Shown: positions 25,049 to 25,738 of the stretch, piece by piece
How the letters are laid out: every line of letters starts with the position of its first letter
How positions within the stretch are numbered: the stretch's first letter is position 1
Origin: Clostridia bacterium
Lineage (GTDB): Bacteria; Bacillota; Clostridia; Christensenellales; Aristaeellaceae
Assembly: GCA_017544935.1 (NCBI GenBank)
Contig: JAFYDF010000026.1
Location: 1 to 25,738, forward strand
Reading direction: 5' to 3'
DNA length: 25,738 bases
Position numbers and translations under genes: made by a program
The notes under the pieces: generated by a model
Database searches by the model: none
Seen by the model: only the letters and a program-made list of their open reading frames with translations
Told to the model about the DNA's origin: nothing

Positions 25049-25738
25049 ATGAGCAAATATATAGTCAAACGGCTGCTGCAGTCTCTGCTGACGATCTTCC
25101 TGATTGTATCAGTGGTTTTCCTGTTGATGCGCTTGATGCCGACAGACTACTTCTTCACCGAAGATGAATTGATGAAGCTGACTGATCAACAGAGGCATGA
25201 TCGCCTTCAGGCGGCCGGCTTGCTGGACAACCCCTTCGTGCAGCTGTTCCGCTTCTGGAAAAACCTGATTACGAAAGGCGATTTGGGCATATCCAGACGT
25301 ATACAGACAGGCAAGCCTGTAACAACAGTGATCGGAAGCAAGTTTGGTATTTCCATGCAGCTGGGATTGATCTCGCTTTTTATTTCACTGATTCTTGGTG
25401 TTACACTCGGCATCCTGCAGGCACGCTTTAAAGATGGTCTGTTTGATGGTATCGGTACTGCCTATACGATCTTTGTCAATGCAGTCCCGCACCTGGTCTC
25501 TTATTCGCTGATCATGATCTTTGGCGCAAAGGTGCTGGGATTGCCCTCACAGTATTCGGCGCGCAAAGTATGGAAGTTCATGATGTTCGGACAGCAGGTT
25601 AAATTCAATTATTCCACACTGCTGCCTATCCTGTGCTTAAGCATGGGCAGTACGGCTAGTTACATGCTGTGGATGCGTCGCTACATGGTGGATGAGCTGA
25701 ACAAGGAATATATTCGTTTAGCCAAGCTAAAGGGACTG
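25049..25738 (+). CDS. ABC transporter permease (OppB/DppB-like), N-terminal part; runs off the window end
   Basis: It is absent from the ORF track because no stop is reached. ATG 25049 follows AAAGGGGA. The translation MSKYIVKRLLQSLLTIFLIVSVVFLLMRLMP.. has the typical OppB/DppB N-terminus. The frame stays open for 230 codons to the window edge, with several TM segments. Confidence 0.88.
   Translation, partial: MSKYIVKRLLQSLLTIFLIVSVVFLLMRLMPTDYFFTEDELMKLTDQQRHDRLQAAGLLDNPFVQLFRFWKNLITKGDLGISRRIQTGKPVTTVIGSKFGISMQLGLISLFISLILGVTLGILQARFKDGLFDGIGTAYTIFVNAVPHLVSYSLIMIFGAKVLGLPSQYSARKVWKFMMFGQQVKFNYSTLLPILCLSMGSTASYMLWMRRYMVDELNKEYIRLAKLKGL

Overview
The 25.7-kb chromosomal window is mostly ordinary housekeeping and envelope genes, and I cannot demonstrate a clearly novel multi-gene system from sequence alone. 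Hand counts give about 50-55% G+C in most genes. Strong GGAGG-type ribosome-binding sites and the gene content tentatively suggest a Firmicutes/Clostridia-like organism.

I support 16 complete CDS, 2 edge-truncated CDS and 2 pseudogenes. In order:
- the 3' end of a CopA-type P1B ATPase, carrying an extra C-terminal HMA domain
- an AT-rich islet at about 611-3548, which holds a frameshifted winged-helix gene remnant, a 1103-bp IS630-family element with TA-flanked imperfect inverted repeats and a decayed transposase, and an orphan AT-rich membrane-anchored protein
- a minus-strand run of glpK, a terminator hairpin, a radical-SAM protein and a xylose-isomerase-like TIM-barrel protein
- a roughly 900-aa membrane-anchored protein with a Pro-Thr linker and a PQQ-like beta-propeller
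- a tightly coupled plus-strand block: GT2/GtrA fusion, lepA, prfA, a GNAT and topB
- a minus-strand MoxR, DUF58 and transglutaminase triad
- an alpha/beta hydrolase and a small membrane protein
- the start of a peptide-type ABC importer (substrate-binding protein plus permease)

I saw no rRNA, tRNA, CRISPR array or recognisable defence system.

The best candidates for uncharacterised biology are:
1. the radical-SAM / TIM-barrel pair
2. the compositionally foreign orphan gene beside the IS
3. the IS630 copy with a perfect A7 slippery site plus two in-frame amber codons
4. the MoxR-DUF58-transglutaminase module
5. the possible glycosylation link between the PT-linker surface protein and the divergent GT2/GtrA gene

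All family calls come from motif recognition by eye. No database search was possible.
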